This document shows, in pieces, positions 46,219 to 56,077 of a DNA stretch of 64,000 nucleotides. The translations under genes and the position numbers were made by a program. This DNA comes from a virus (Duplodnaviria > Caudoviricetes), in IMG/VR virus record IMGVR_UViG_3300008050_007455, positions 46 through 64,045 of that record, one strand, 5' to 3'. The first letter of the stretch is position 1. Every line of letters starts with the position of its first letter. The notes beneath the pieces were generated by a model. The model made no database searches. It was not told the DNA's origin and was given only the letters and a program-made list of their open reading frames with translations.

Positions 46219-47097
46219 TTATAAATTTATCAACATTTCTAATAATTCTGGTTGAGGGGACATATCAAATTTATCTTTTCTAGTATTTGTGTGTGTCCAT
46301 AAACCTTTTACCCTACCATAATAAGCATCAGAATTAAATTCAAAAGCCTTTGCGCCATATTGTTTAATTAATGATGGTAGACCTGCTCTAACATCAATAT
46401 TATCTCTATTGGCAATATATATGATGAGTTTTCGTAAAGATTCAATTTGTTCACTTGAGTACTTATGCCACGTTTTATATCCTCTAAACTCTTCATCTAA
46501 CTCAATAATTTGAGACTCATCAGCTATTGTTCCCGCATAAGTTTTACCATCTTTTAAATAACCAAAATTGTTAACTTCAATACCTACAGAATTTACATGC
46601 ATAGATCTTGAACCATTTTTACCTAAATGCCAACCAAAATTTCCTTCAGGAAAAGCTTGAACTACTTCACCATCATATTGGTTGTCATTACCTTTAATTG
46701 ATTGTCCACCTACTACAAATTCTGTAGCTACACAACCCCTATTATCTCGTCCCCAATGTTCAATTGTTCTATAAGGATTATTCCATCCTGCAGTGTGATG
46801 TAAAAATAAATATTCTGGGTGGACTGGGCCTTCTTTATACTCTCCTTTTGGTAAATAGAATTTATTAATTGTTAAGTCAGATTCACTATATATTGTTTCT
46901 GAATTATCGGTACTAATTAGACCTATAAATTCTAAAGTGATAGGACCTACTACCCCATCAATAACTAACTTATTTTCTTTTTGAAATTTTTTAACTGCTT
47001 TTTCTGTTCCTTTACCAAAAATACCATCAGCTCCAATTTTTAAAAATTCTTGTAAATCTTTAACATCTCTTCCTTTTGAACCTAGCCTTAATACCAT
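46219..47097 (-). CDS. Endolysin: peptidoglycan-binding domain plus N-acetylmuramoyl-L-alanine amidase
   Basis: LRLGSKG..V..LQ...ADGIFGKGTEKAVKKFQ...DGVVGP; LHHTAG, WHLG, SVGIEV, THTN.RKDK.D. Confidence 0.9.
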   Translation of the reverse strand: MVLRLGSKGRDVKDLQEFLKIGADGIFGKGTEKAVKKFQKENKLVIDGVVGPITLEFIGLISTDNSETIYSESDLTINKFYLPKGEYKEGPVHPEYLFLHHTAGWNNPYRTIEHWGRDNRGCVATEFVVGGQSIKGNDNQYDGEVVQAFPEGNFGWHLGKNGSRSMHVNSVGIEVNNFGYLKDGKTYAGTIADESQIIELDEEFRGYKTWHKYSSEQIESLRKLIIYIANRDNIDVRAGLPSLIKQYGAKAFEFNSDAYYGRVKGLWTHTNTRKDKFDMSPQPELLEMLINL

Positions 47098-47098
47098 C

Positions 47099-47332
47099 CT
47101 ATTTTGTTTCAGTTTTTTTGAAAATTTTAGTGGCCCCATCAATTCCAAAACTTCCTAAAGTCATTATTAAAAAGGAATTGAAGATTGTATCACTAATAAT
47201 TAATTCTTTACCCCACACACCTGTTATAATATCTACAATCGCAAAAACTGTCATTACTGCGAATGAAGAAAAACCTACAATTGTTTTTTCATTGTAAGTA
47301 TTATCATCTTTAAATATTTTTGTAAAAGACAT
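47099..47332 (-). CDS. Small 2-TM membrane protein (holin-like)
   Basis: IFKDDNTYNEKTIVGFSSF...TLGSFGI; start MSFTKI (47359 possible). Confidence 0.65.
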   Translation of the reverse strand: MSFTKIFKDDNTYNEKTIVGFSSFAVMTVFAIVDIITGVWGKELIISDTIFNSFLIMTLGSFGIDGATKIFKKTETK

Positions 47333-47397
47333 AATCTGATTTTTTAATTTTTGCACCATTTTGCAACATTTTAGGGAAACTATTCGTGTATAAATAT

Positions 47398-47425
47398 AGA
47401 GGGATACATTAATATGCACCCCTCT
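47398..47425. terminator. Stem-loop, possible terminator
   Basis: AGAGGG...CCCTCT inverted repeat. Confidence 0.45.
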
Positions 47426-47453
47426 TTTAATTGTTTTTATTGTAAAAATTACA

Positions 47454-47684
47454 CTACTTAATTAATTTTAAAATTGATGATTTAGCTAGATCCCAATTTC
47501 GTGTAGCAAATACACCAAACGCGAATCCTGCGTATACTTTGTATCCAAAAGACCAAAGTAATAATCCTAAAACTAATCCTAAGATTCCTTCAATTCCATT
47601 TCCAACAATCCAATCTTTAATTACATTGAATGTTCTTTTTAACCAACTTGGAGAGGGTTTTGCTGTTTTTGTTTTTTTTGCCAT
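47454..47684 (-). CDS. Small membrane protein
   Basis: Hydrophobic central segment; ATATTTATA motif upstream (47712-47720). Confidence 0.7.
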   Translation of the reverse strand: MAKKTKTAKPSPSWLKRTFNVIKDWIVGNGIEGILGLVLGLLLWSFGYKVYAGFAFGVFATRNWDLAKSSILKLIK

Positions 47685-47737
47685 TTTTTATTTAATTTTT
47701 ATGGGTTTTGTTATAAATATGTATTAAAATTCTCTAT

Positions 47738-48430
47738 TTAATGAGCTTGGGTTAAAATATCAAATTCTTCCTCTTCTAGGTCTTTATTATTCATTTTTAA
47801 TTTTTCTTCCCATGCATATAACATCATTATATTACGTTGTTTATGAATATGCTCTAATGCTATACTAAATCCATTTGTTGAAAATTTATCCATTATATAA
47901 AGTAATTTGCTGGTATTATGATGATGAAAATCTGGGCCATGTTCCCAAATCTTACCATCCCTTAACCAATTTAAATGGATTTCTATAGCCCATTTTTTAA
48001 CTTTATTTAATGTTGAATCTTTCATGTTCATTAAAACAGGATACTCCGCCCATTCTATATCCATTTTAACAAAATCAACATATTTAAGATTATTATCTTC
48101 TATAATTCCTTCTACACTATATAAATTTTTGCCATTATGTCTATCAGATACTTCCCCTAAAAACGTTTTAATTTCTGGGGTTGTATTAGTATTTTCTACT
48201 AAGCACTTATAATGTTCAGGATTAATTTCTACACTGTATATTTTAGATGCTCCTCTTGTTAAAGCAAAATGTGAAAACATCCCAACAAAAGCACCTAAAT
48301 CTATACAAATATCACCAGCTTGAACTTTAGCACCATGTCTATTGTATTCATTATCATAAAAAATCTCTTTATAGAAATCATCGATAACTCCCTCTTCAAC
48401 TTTTGGGTATTTAAATAATTCTTTTTTCAT
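47738..48430 (-). CDS. FkbM-like methyltransferase
   Basis: IDLGAFVGMF, SVEIN, VKMDIEWAEY, IEIH. Confidence 0.82.
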   Translation of the reverse strand: MKKELFKYPKVEEGVIDDFYKEIFYDNEYNRHGAKVQAGDICIDLGAFVGMFSHFALTRGASKIYSVEINPEHYKCLVENTNTTPEIKTFLGEVSDRHNGKNLYSVEGIIEDNNLKYVDFVKMDIEWAEYPVLMNMKDSTLNKVKKWAIEIHLNWLRDGKIWEHGPDFHHHNTSKLLYIMDKFSTNGFSIALEHIHKQRNIMMLYAWEEKLKMNNKDLEEEEFDILTQAH

Positions 48431-48433
48431 TTT

Positions 48434-50149
48434 TTATCCTTCACAACTTACACACTCAGCCATTCTACTTCCTAAATCACCTTTAATTACTGAGTCAGTT
48501 CTTAGGTAATAAAATGTTTTGATTCCTAATTTCCATCCTTCTAAATGTACTTGATTAATCCATTTTGGAGAATCATTCACATCAAAAGATAAATTCAATG
48601 ATTGGGTTTGATCTATGTATCTTTGTCTAATAGCTGCTTGTCTAACTAATTCTAATTGGTTTACCTCAGGAAATGTTAAAAATAATTCTTTTTCATCTGG
48701 GTTTAAAACACTATCAGGTAAGCCTTGTACTGATCCATCATCTTGAAGCATTTGCTCCCACCATTTATCTTTATCTTCACCTTTTTCTTTTAATATAGTT
48801 TGTAGTGATTTATTTTTTCTAATAAATGTACCTTTTGCCCCATTAAAAGTGTAAATATTTGCTGGTAAGGGTTCAATACCTGCACTAATACCACCTACAA
48901 TAACTGAATTTGATACTGTTGGTGCTACTGCTAATAAATGGGTATTTCTCATTCCTGTTCCTTTACACCAAAGTGGCTCTCCATATTCTTTAGCTAAATC
49001 CATAGAAGCTTTTTCAGCTTTTCCTCTAATATTACTAAAAATTGTATGTGTCCAAGCTGTTGAAGCAATTGAGTTAAATGGTAATCCTTTTTGTTGTAAA
49101 AAAGTATGCCAACCCATTACACCTAAACCTAATGCTCTACCTTTTTTAGCATGGAAGTGAGTTCTTCTTAATGAATCTTTACCATTTGATTTATCAATAA
49201 ATTCTTGCATTACACCATCTAAAAACCAAGTTGCTAATTCAACAGCATCTGTGTCTTTCCATTCATCATATTTTGCTAAATTCATTGATGATAAACAACA
49301 AATAAATGAATGTTCTTCATCTGTAAATAATGTAATTTCAGAGCAAATGTTTGTCATACTTACATCTAAATTATTTAATCTATAGGCAATAGGATTATCT
49401 TTATTAACATTATCCTTATACATTATATAAGGTTCTCCAGTTTCCATTCTTGCTTTTAAAACTGTAGCCCACCTATTCATTGCATCTGAATCTCTAGCTT
49501 CTAATTTTCTCATAAATGAATCTCCTACAACTACACATTGGTGTAAGTTTAAACATTGTCTGTTTGGATCACCTTTAGGTCTACGAATTTGTAAAAATTC
49601 ATCTATATCTCCATGTTCAATATCTAAGTTAACGGATGCTGCTCCTCTTCTAACATTTCCTTGATTAGTAGCAATAATTGATGAATCATAAATTTTAGCC
49701 CAAGGAACTACACCTTCAGATTTACCATTTCCTGCTATTTCTTCACCACGTTGTCTAATGCGATTTAATGAAATCCCTACACCTCCACCGGATGCTGTTA
49801 ACTTCATTAGTTCTGCGTTTGTTAGACCTATACCACGTATAGAATCCGGTGTATCTATACCAAAGCATGATATAGGTAAGCCTCTATCAGTACCCATATT
49901 TGATATTACAGGTGAAGCTAAACCTAACCAACCATTCCACATAAGTCTCATGAATTTAGGTCCTAATTCTGGCTTTTTTAATCTTATAGCAGATGCATTT
50001 GCAACTCTTCTATAAGCTGATTTAACTGTTTCTCCAGGAAGTAAATATCCTTTAGAGATTGTTGCTAATGAAATTTCATCCATCCATTCTGGGTATTGTT
50101 TACCAGCTTCCCAATTGCTGTAGTCTACTTGTAATGCGTTATTTTCCAT
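48434..50149 (-). CDS. nrdA: Ribonucleotide reductase class I alpha subunit (no ATP cone)
   Basis: PISCF, RRGA, GEPY, TNICSEI, CCLSS, APTVS, YYLR, C-terminal CVSC; start MENNAL. Confidence 0.95.
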   Translation of the reverse strand: MENNALQVDYSNWEAGKQYPEWMDEISLATISKGYLLPGETVKSAYRRVANASAIRLKKPELGPKFMRLMWNGWLGLASPVISNMGTDRGLPISCFGIDTPDSIRGIGLTNAELMKLTASGGGVGISLNRIRQRGEEIAGNGKSEGVVPWAKIYDSSIIATNQGNVRRGAASVNLDIEHGDIDEFLQIRRPKGDPNRQCLNLHQCVVVGDSFMRKLEARDSDAMNRWATVLKARMETGEPYIMYKDNVNKDNPIAYRLNNLDVSMTNICSEITLFTDEEHSFICCLSSMNLAKYDEWKDTDAVELATWFLDGVMQEFIDKSNGKDSLRRTHFHAKKGRALGLGVMGWHTFLQQKGLPFNSIASTAWTHTIFSNIRGKAEKASMDLAKEYGEPLWCKGTGMRNTHLLAVAPTVSNSVIVGGISAGIEPLPANIYTFNGAKGTFIRKNKSLQTILKEKGEDKDKWWEQMLQDDGSVQGLPDSVLNPDEKELFLTFPEVNQLELVRQAAIRQRYIDQTQSLNLSFDVNDSPKWINQVHLEGWKLGIKTFYYLRTDSVIKGDLGSRMAECVSCEG

Positions 50150-50150
50150 A

Positions 50151-51143
50151 TTAAAATAATTCTGCAGCATCCCAATTTTGAACGCCTTTGCTATAATTAG
50201 TAACTCTATTTGCGAAGAAGTCTGTATGTTGTTTACCTGCTGATAAACTATCAAACCATTTCATTCTTTGAACTGCATCTTCATCAATACCATTCACTAT
50301 TGGGTCATAACCTAAATCACTCATTTTAGTATTAACCCTATTTTTAATAAATGATACTAAATCATATTTGTTGCATGTATCTAAATCACCTAACTCATAT
50401 ACTTTATCAATAAAATCTAATTCTAATTTTAATGAAAGTAAAGCTGCTTTCTTAACATCTTCTTCTAACTCCGGTGTATTAATTTCAGGATTTTCGGCTA
50501 CTAAAGTTCTAAATAACCAACATCCAGCATCTGAGTGCATTGATTCGTCTCTAATACTCCATTCAACAATTTGACCTACTCCTTTTAATTTATTTTCTAA
50601 TTTAAAAGATAATAAAATAGCAAATGATGAGAATAAATTAACACCTTCTGTAAATGCAGAGAAAATAGCTAATGATCTTGCTATTTCATGGAGTGAATGG
50701 TCTCCAGTTTGCATGTCAGCATTTACTTCCATTAGACCTCCAATTTTAGCCATTGTAGTTTCATCTTCTAGAAACTCACTAAAATCATCTAAACCTAATT
50801 CTTCATTAAGTAAAGAATAAGCTTCAGCATGAATTGTTTCATTAGCACCAAAACCAATAGCCATCATTTTTACTTCTGGTTTTGGAAACCATTTTGTTAC
50901 TAATGTCGACCAATATTCCTCTACTACAGTTTCAGTTTGGGCAAATCCTTTCAGGATAGATCCAATTATATTTTTTTCTGTTTCTGATAAGTTTTGCTTC
51001 CAATCATTAACATCAGACATCATTGGTACTTCTGTATGTAACCAATGAGCTTGTTGTTGTGCTAACCAAAAGTCAAATGCTGTTTGGTATTCGAAAGGTT
51101 TGTAAACTATCCTTTCTTCAAGGAGGGAGGTCTTTTTTGCCAT
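50151..51143 (-). CDS. nrdB: Ribonucleotide reductase class Ia beta subunit
   Basis: ETIHAEAYS (radical Tyr), EGVNLFSSF, RDESMH, DFFANRVTNY. Confidence 0.95.
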   Translation of the reverse strand: MAKKTSLLEERIVYKPFEYQTAFDFWLAQQQAHWLHTEVPMMSDVNDWKQNLSETEKNIIGSILKGFAQTETVVEEYWSTLVTKWFPKPEVKMMAIGFGANETIHAEAYSLLNEELGLDDFSEFLEDETTMAKIGGLMEVNADMQTGDHSLHEIARSLAIFSAFTEGVNLFSSFAILLSFKLENKLKGVGQIVEWSIRDESMHSDAGCWLFRTLVAENPEINTPELEEDVKKAALLSLKLELDFIDKVYELGDLDTCNKYDLVSFIKNRVNTKMSDLGYDPIVNGIDEDAVQRMKWFDSLSAGKQHTDFFANRVTNYSKGVQNWDAAELF

Positions 51144-51162
51144 ATTATTTTTTTATTATTAA

Positions 51163-52527
51163 TTAAGAATTTAGTTCGAAAAATTTATTTTTCAACATTT
51201 TTTTATCAAATGTATCAAAATCACTATAACCTTGATTTTGTTGAGGTTGTGAATCATCCTCATAATCCTCAGCATTATAATCATGTACCTCAAAATGACC
51301 TGTTGCGGTATCTGCTTTTACCCCAAATGTTAAACCATCCATCCCGTATCTATTTTTCATAATGTGAAATCTACCTGTACCATTAACTTTATCTTTTGCT
51401 TTTCTTGAAAGAGATAGACAAAAATCTGTAATCATAATTTTATCATATGATCCAGCAGCTTTGTCTCCTTCAATTACATTATCTTTTGCACCTGCACGAT
51501 TTACTTGAGAAACTGACCAAATAGGTACATTTAATTCACGAGCAAGTCCTTTAGTGCTTGTATAAATATCATCAATTTCTCCCTTGCGATCAGCTGTTCG
51601 TTTTTTTGTTGAAAGAAGATCTACATAATCAATTATAATTAAATCTGCTTTAATCCCTAAATCTTCTACTTTACGGATATGTGATTCTACTGTTGAGATT
51701 GTAGCTCTTCCTGTAGGAAATTCTTTAATAATTAATTCACCAGGTAATTCCGGAATAATATCTTCAATTTTATCTCTATTTTTTAATATTTTATCAACTG
51801 GTATCTTACTAAAGAAAGCATCATATCTTCTCCCTACATACTGTTCACCTAATTCTAATGTATAATGTAAAACATTATAACCCATTCTTACAGCATAACC
51901 CCCCAAAGCAACTAAACTCCATGATTTACCACCTCCTGGATTACCAAATATAAGACCAAAATCTCCATTTCCGAGGCCTCCTTGCAGTATATCATTAACT
52001 CTCTCCCAAGGAGTAGCAATAGTTGATCTTGCATCTTCTCTAAACCTTGATTCAATATCTTTATTATATTCATGCCCTACATTTTTATCATTTCCTGCTT
52101 TTAATGCTGATTCTACCAAATGTTTAATACCATCAAAATCACCAGCTTTAAGTAAGTCTACACTATTGAGTAGTGCTCTTTTAAGTTGTTGATTTTTACA
52201 AAATGTTGAAAACTCTTCTTGAACATACTCTAAATCTTCATCTGATGATTCATATGCTGATTTTAATTGTTCTCTTACTGAAAGTTTTAGTACTTCATTT
52301 TCTATTTTTTGGAGTTCTACTTTAAGAGTATCCATTGAAGGTGTAGTATGATATTTGTCATAGTACCTAAGAATTTCTTTGATAATCCATTGGTGGGCTT
52401 GGTTATCAAAATATTCATCACTTAAAATATCATGGATATTAGTTAAAAACTCTTTATGTGTTAAAAGAGATGATAATATTTTAATTTGGAAATGGTTTCC
52501 ATATTGGTTTAAACTTGTTAACGTCAT
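51163..52527 (-). CDS. Replicative helicase (DnaB/T4 gp41-like)
   Basis: GNPGGGKS, YTLEL, IIIDYVD, SQVNR, KNRYG. Confidence 0.93.
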   Translation of the reverse strand: MTLTSLNQYGNHFQIKILSSLLTHKEFLTNIHDILSDEYFDNQAHQWIIKEILRYYDKYHTTPSMDTLKVELQKIENEVLKLSVREQLKSAYESSDEDLEYVQEEFSTFCKNQQLKRALLNSVDLLKAGDFDGIKHLVESALKAGNDKNVGHEYNKDIESRFREDARSTIATPWERVNDILQGGLGNGDFGLIFGNPGGGKSWSLVALGGYAVRMGYNVLHYTLELGEQYVGRRYDAFFSKIPVDKILKNRDKIEDIIPELPGELIIKEFPTGRATISTVESHIRKVEDLGIKADLIIIDYVDLLSTKKRTADRKGEIDDIYTSTKGLARELNVPIWSVSQVNRAGAKDNVIEGDKAAGSYDKIMITDFCLSLSRKAKDKVNGTGRFHIMKNRYGMDGLTFGVKADTATGHFEVHDYNAEDYEDDSQPQQNQGYSDFDTFDKKMLKNKFFELNS

Positions 52528-52539
52528 ATAACTTTTTAT

Positions 52540-53565
52540 TTATAACTTGAATTTTTCAAAAATATCTTTTACCCAAAAATTTACATTGCGTATCATTCCT
52601 CCTAATTTATCTTCATTATAGAATGCCACGAATTGATCAGGAAGATAATTATAATCATTAGTATTAACAACCTGAGTTAGATATTTTTTATCATTTTCAT
52701 CTAGCATAGGATTAGATAAATCCATTATTTTGTAATTTTTTTCTAAATCATCTATATGTTGGATTACTCTGGCATATATAACATTCTCTTTGAATTTAGA
52801 TTCACAAATACTATAGATATCATCTAATGACATATCTTTCTTACTTAATTCTGGGAATAGTTTATATAATTTTTTCTCTCCTAATCCTTTTATACCCTTA
52901 ACACTATCCGAGTTATCACCCATTAATGTTTTATAAAGGATGAAATTGTGAGGTGACATTTTAAATTTTTCAGCTACCGTTTCTTTAGTATAAAATTCTT
53001 TTTCCATAGGACGATATACAATAACATTGTCATTTATTAGTTGTAAAAAATCTTTATCAGAAGAAACAATAAATACTTTATCTTTGGGGGATTGTGGAAT
53101 AATATCTGATAGGTACGCAATAACATCATCTGCTTCAACTTTAGGGATCCCTATAGTTTTTACAGGCAATGTTTTTAAATATTGAATAATTCTTACTATT
53201 TGATCAACTTTAGCATCATCTTCATCTTCCTTATTATCGAAAGCATCCCAATTAGTGATTCGTTGTAGATCTCTCCCTGATTTATATTCTGGTAGGAGAT
53301 TTTTTCTAGCATTAGCTGATCCGGCTCCATCAAATACTATATAAACTTGAGTAGGATCAACCCTACGAATCTCAGCACCTAAAGAACGAAAAAAACCACC
53401 TAAACCCCCAATATGAACCCCATCTGGATTTACCATATTCATCATTGCGAAGTTTCTAAAAAATAGATTTAAACCATCTATTACTAGTATTCTTTCTCCT
53501 TCTACAGTCTCTTCTCCATGCTCATCAAGATTATTGAGGAGACTTAATAATTCCTTTTGTTTCAT
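52540..53565 (-). CDS. 5'-3' exonuclease / flap endonuclease (T4 RNase H / Pol I N-terminal-like)
   Basis: IDGLNL, VFDG, EYK..R, EADD, SSDKDFLQL, GDNSD...GIKGLGEK. Confidence 0.93.
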   Translation of the reverse strand: MKQKELLSLLNNLDEHGEETVEGERILVIDGLNLFFRNFAMMNMVNPDGVHIGGLGGFFRSLGAEIRRVDPTQVYIVFDGAGSANARKNLLPEYKSGRDLQRITNWDAFDNKEDEDDAKVDQIVRIIQYLKTLPVKTIGIPKVEADDVIAYLSDIIPQSPKDKVFIVSSDKDFLQLINDNVIVYRPMEKEFYTKETVAEKFKMSPHNFILYKTLMGDNSDSVKGIKGLGEKKLYKLFPELSKKDMSLDDIYSICESKFKENVIYARVIQHIDDLEKNYKIMDLSNPMLDENDKKYLTQVVNTNDYNYLPDQFVAFYNEDKLGGMIRNVNFWVKDIFEKFKL

Positions 53566-53577
53566 CTTGTTTGGTTT

Positions 53578-53616
53578 TATACCCGGAATATACGAAAGAT
53601 ACTTCGGGTATCAAAA
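53578..53616 (-). promoter_or_regulatory. Class I promoter embedded in an inverted repeat
   Basis: TTTG-N17-CGTATATT inside an ATACCCG...CGGGTAT stem. Confidence 0.6.
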
Positions 53617-53617
53617 T

Positions 53618-54694
53618 TTATTGTGGCTCGTCTGTATGGGTTGTGATGTCTGTATATGCTTGATCTTCCTCAGCAATTATAAAATCACCACCACCTAGAA
53701 TTTTTTTCCATTCATCCTTCATTTCTTCTTTATAAGATTTTAATGATTTATCATTATCAAGTATAAAGCCATGAGGAGTCATTACAATTTTACCTCTAGT
53801 GGTAACACCATTAATATGGTTTTTATCAACTTGTAAATTTACTCTTTTAGCAAATTCAACTTGTTTACCATCCTTAATTGCCTTAATTTTTGAAGTTCCA
53901 GCTGACATAATATTACCAAATGTTACTACAAATGTAGAATCAAACCACATAGCATATCCTCCTTTATTCATTAATTTAGGTTTACCCATTGGTGATTCTG
54001 CTTTTAAAGTCCAAACTTTATTAATACACACAAGTGTATTAGTATATGGGCTGCTTTCTTTACGTGATAATACTATGCGTTGGTTTACATTATTACCAAA
54101 TTGGGTGGCCATAGCACCTGCATTCCATTCGTTATTATTTTTATTGGATTTAAGAGACATTTCACAAGGTATTGACCCTATTGAATCCCATAGGAATAAT
54201 AAATCATAAGGTAAATTACCTCCTTTTTGCTCATCAACCAAATCTAAAATAAATCCAGCTACATCTTCAATTGAATTAATTGATTCTCTATCAACATAAA
54301 TAAAATTACCCTTATAATCTAGAACTTCACCTGTTTCTTCATCAATAACTTCCTCAACTTCTAATCCCATTTGAATAGCATGCTCCCAATTCCATTTCAT
54401 CTCTGTAATAATAAATACAGGAAGTACTTTACGTTTTTGGGCTTCAACTGCTGCTTCTAATAGGGCTGTTGTTTTACCTGTATCTGAGTGGCCTCTAAGT
54501 AAAACAATATGTCCCATTGGAATTCCTGGCACTGATGTAATCTCTTGATAAGCTTTAGAAAGGGGTATCCATTCTTGTTCTTTAAATTTAGCTTTGGATG
54601 TTAAACCTTTTTTCTGTTTAAAACCATCTAAATTAAATTTTGATTTTATTTCTGAGGAGACTGCCTCCGATAGTGATTTTTTCTTTCTGGCCAT
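53618..54694 (-). CDS. RecA/UvsX-like recombinase
   Basis: GIPMG, GHSDTGKT Walker A, WDSIGS Walker B, KGG. Confidence 0.9.
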   Translation of the reverse strand: MARKKKSLSEAVSSEIKSKFNLDGFKQKKGLTSKAKFKEQEWIPLSKAYQEITSVPGIPMGHIVLLRGHSDTGKTTALLEAAVEAQKRKVLPVFIITEMKWNWEHAIQMGLEVEEVIDEETGEVLDYKGNFIYVDRESINSIEDVAGFILDLVDEQKGGNLPYDLLFLWDSIGSIPCEMSLKSNKNNNEWNAGAMATQFGNNVNQRIVLSRKESSPYTNTLVCINKVWTLKAESPMGKPKLMNKGGYAMWFDSTFVVTFGNIMSAGTSKIKAIKDGKQVEFAKRVNLQVDKNHINGVTTRGKIVMTPHGFILDNDKSLKSYKEEMKDEWKKILGGGDFIIAEEDQAYTDITTHTDEPQ

Positions 54695-54704
54695 ATAATT
54701 TTAA

Positions 54705-55547
54705 TTAAAATGGTAAATCATCATCTGATTTTTTATCATCAGAAAATAAATCATCAAATTGAGCTGCTTTTGTCTTTTTTACATTAGTTGATGTTGTATC
54801 TAATGAATAATTAGACTTTTTTTCATCACTATCAAATGCAACCGCAGGCTCTGAAGAAATAGATCCTTCTTCACCTTCACCCTCTGGTGTTAGAAATTCT
54901 TGAAGAGCTTCCTTCATTTCATCATAAGAAAGTGGTTTAAATACCTTCATTGGGTCAGCTTGATCATTTATTAGTTTTTCAACTAATGCTGCATCTTTAT
55001 GAATTGGAGATGTTTTAAGTGATGGACCAATTGATGTTTTATTATATGGTGTTCCAGTTGTTTCTGGTCCTACCGTAGATAATTTAATATCTCTACCACC
55101 AGCAATGTCTGTAAAATCACCAATTTCATCATCAGCAGCCATATTTAAAAATTCTTGATAAACTTCTTTACCAAACTGCCATAATTTAACTCCTTCATCT
55201 TCTTGACCACGAACTACTACAGGTGCAAAAATACGAGTTTTTGGGTCTAATTTCTTAGCTAATCTCCAATTTTCTCTATCATTAGTACCACGAAGTTGTT
55301 TAGCAAATTCCATAATTGGATCTTTCTCACCCCAATTTGAAGGAGAAGCCATTACTCGTTTACTACCAATTCCATAATAGAATCTCATTTCTGTAAATGG
55401 GAAGTCTTTGTTGTATTTGTTAGGTACAACTCTAATTAGTTGTTTACCTACTGAGGGTTTCCAGAATAGTTGTCTTTGACCACTTCCTGAATTGTTGGCC
55501 TGTTTTTGAAAATCATTCAGGCGCTTTTTAATTGCGTTTAAATCCAT
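54705..55547 (-). CDS. Single-stranded DNA-binding protein (T4 gp32-like)
   Basis: FWKP...IRVVP, LWQFGK, GRDIKL, acidic tail DDDLPF. Confidence 0.88.
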   Translation of the reverse strand: MDLNAIKKRLNDFQKQANNSGSGQRQLFWKPSVGKQLIRVVPNKYNKDFPFTEMRFYYGIGSKRVMASPSNWGEKDPIMEFAKQLRGTNDRENWRLAKKLDPKTRIFAPVVVRGQEDEGVKLWQFGKEVYQEFLNMAADDEIGDFTDIAGGRDIKLSTVGPETTGTPYNKTSIGPSLKTSPIHKDAALVEKLINDQADPMKVFKPLSYDEMKEALQEFLTPEGEGEEGSISSEPAVAFDSDEKKSNYSLDTTSTNVKKTKAAQFDDLFSDDKKSDDDLPF

Positions 55548-55582
55548 GTTTTATAACTTTTAATTTTAATTTAATAACTGTG

Positions 55583-55613
55583 TTAATATAAGAACTAATT
55601 TTCAGATTACCAA
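55583..55613 (-). promoter_or_regulatory. Class I promoter
   Basis: TTGG-N17-CTTATATTA. Confidence 0.6.
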
Positions 55614-55614
55614 C

Positions 55615-56067
55615 CTAAAGTTCAATAATCTTGAAAATCTTTGTTTTGAGTTGCTTTAACTCATCATGTTGTGTCAACAAAACTGTATTTTTGTAATGCT
55701 GCCAATCAATAGGAAATTTAGTATCAACTACTCCCCCATTTAATTTTTTAATTAATTCATTTAAGGCATTAATAGTATATAAAGTATTAGTATCTTTTTT
55801 CCTATGTACCATTATAGTATTAGTAGGTAAAGTATCTCTATCTAAGTATGCTGTGTTGCCTTGATCTATGTTGTATGTACAAACATACTCATCATTACTT
55901 TTAATATGTAAAACAAATATTTTGTTATACATTATAGAGTAGCTAGATGTTATGTGGTCTAAAAGGCCATCTAATTCTGCTAAAGTTGTAAATGTGCAAA
56001 ATAATTTATTGTTCAAATCGCTTATCTTTAAGTTATTCAACTCCTGGAAGTCGTCTATCTTATACAT
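55615..56067 (-). CDS. Conserved phage hypothetical protein
   Basis: KLFCTF, HRKKDTNTLYTINALNELI; start uncertain. Confidence 0.75.
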   Translation of the reverse strand: MYKIDDFQELNNLKISDLNNKLFCTFTTLAELDGLLDHITSSYSIMYNKIFVLHIKSNDEYVCTYNIDQGNTAYLDRDTLPTNTIMVHRKKDTNTLYTINALNELIKKLNGGVVDTKFPIDWQHYKNTVLLTQHDELKQLKTKIFKIIEL

Positions 56068-56077
56068 ATTAGCAGAT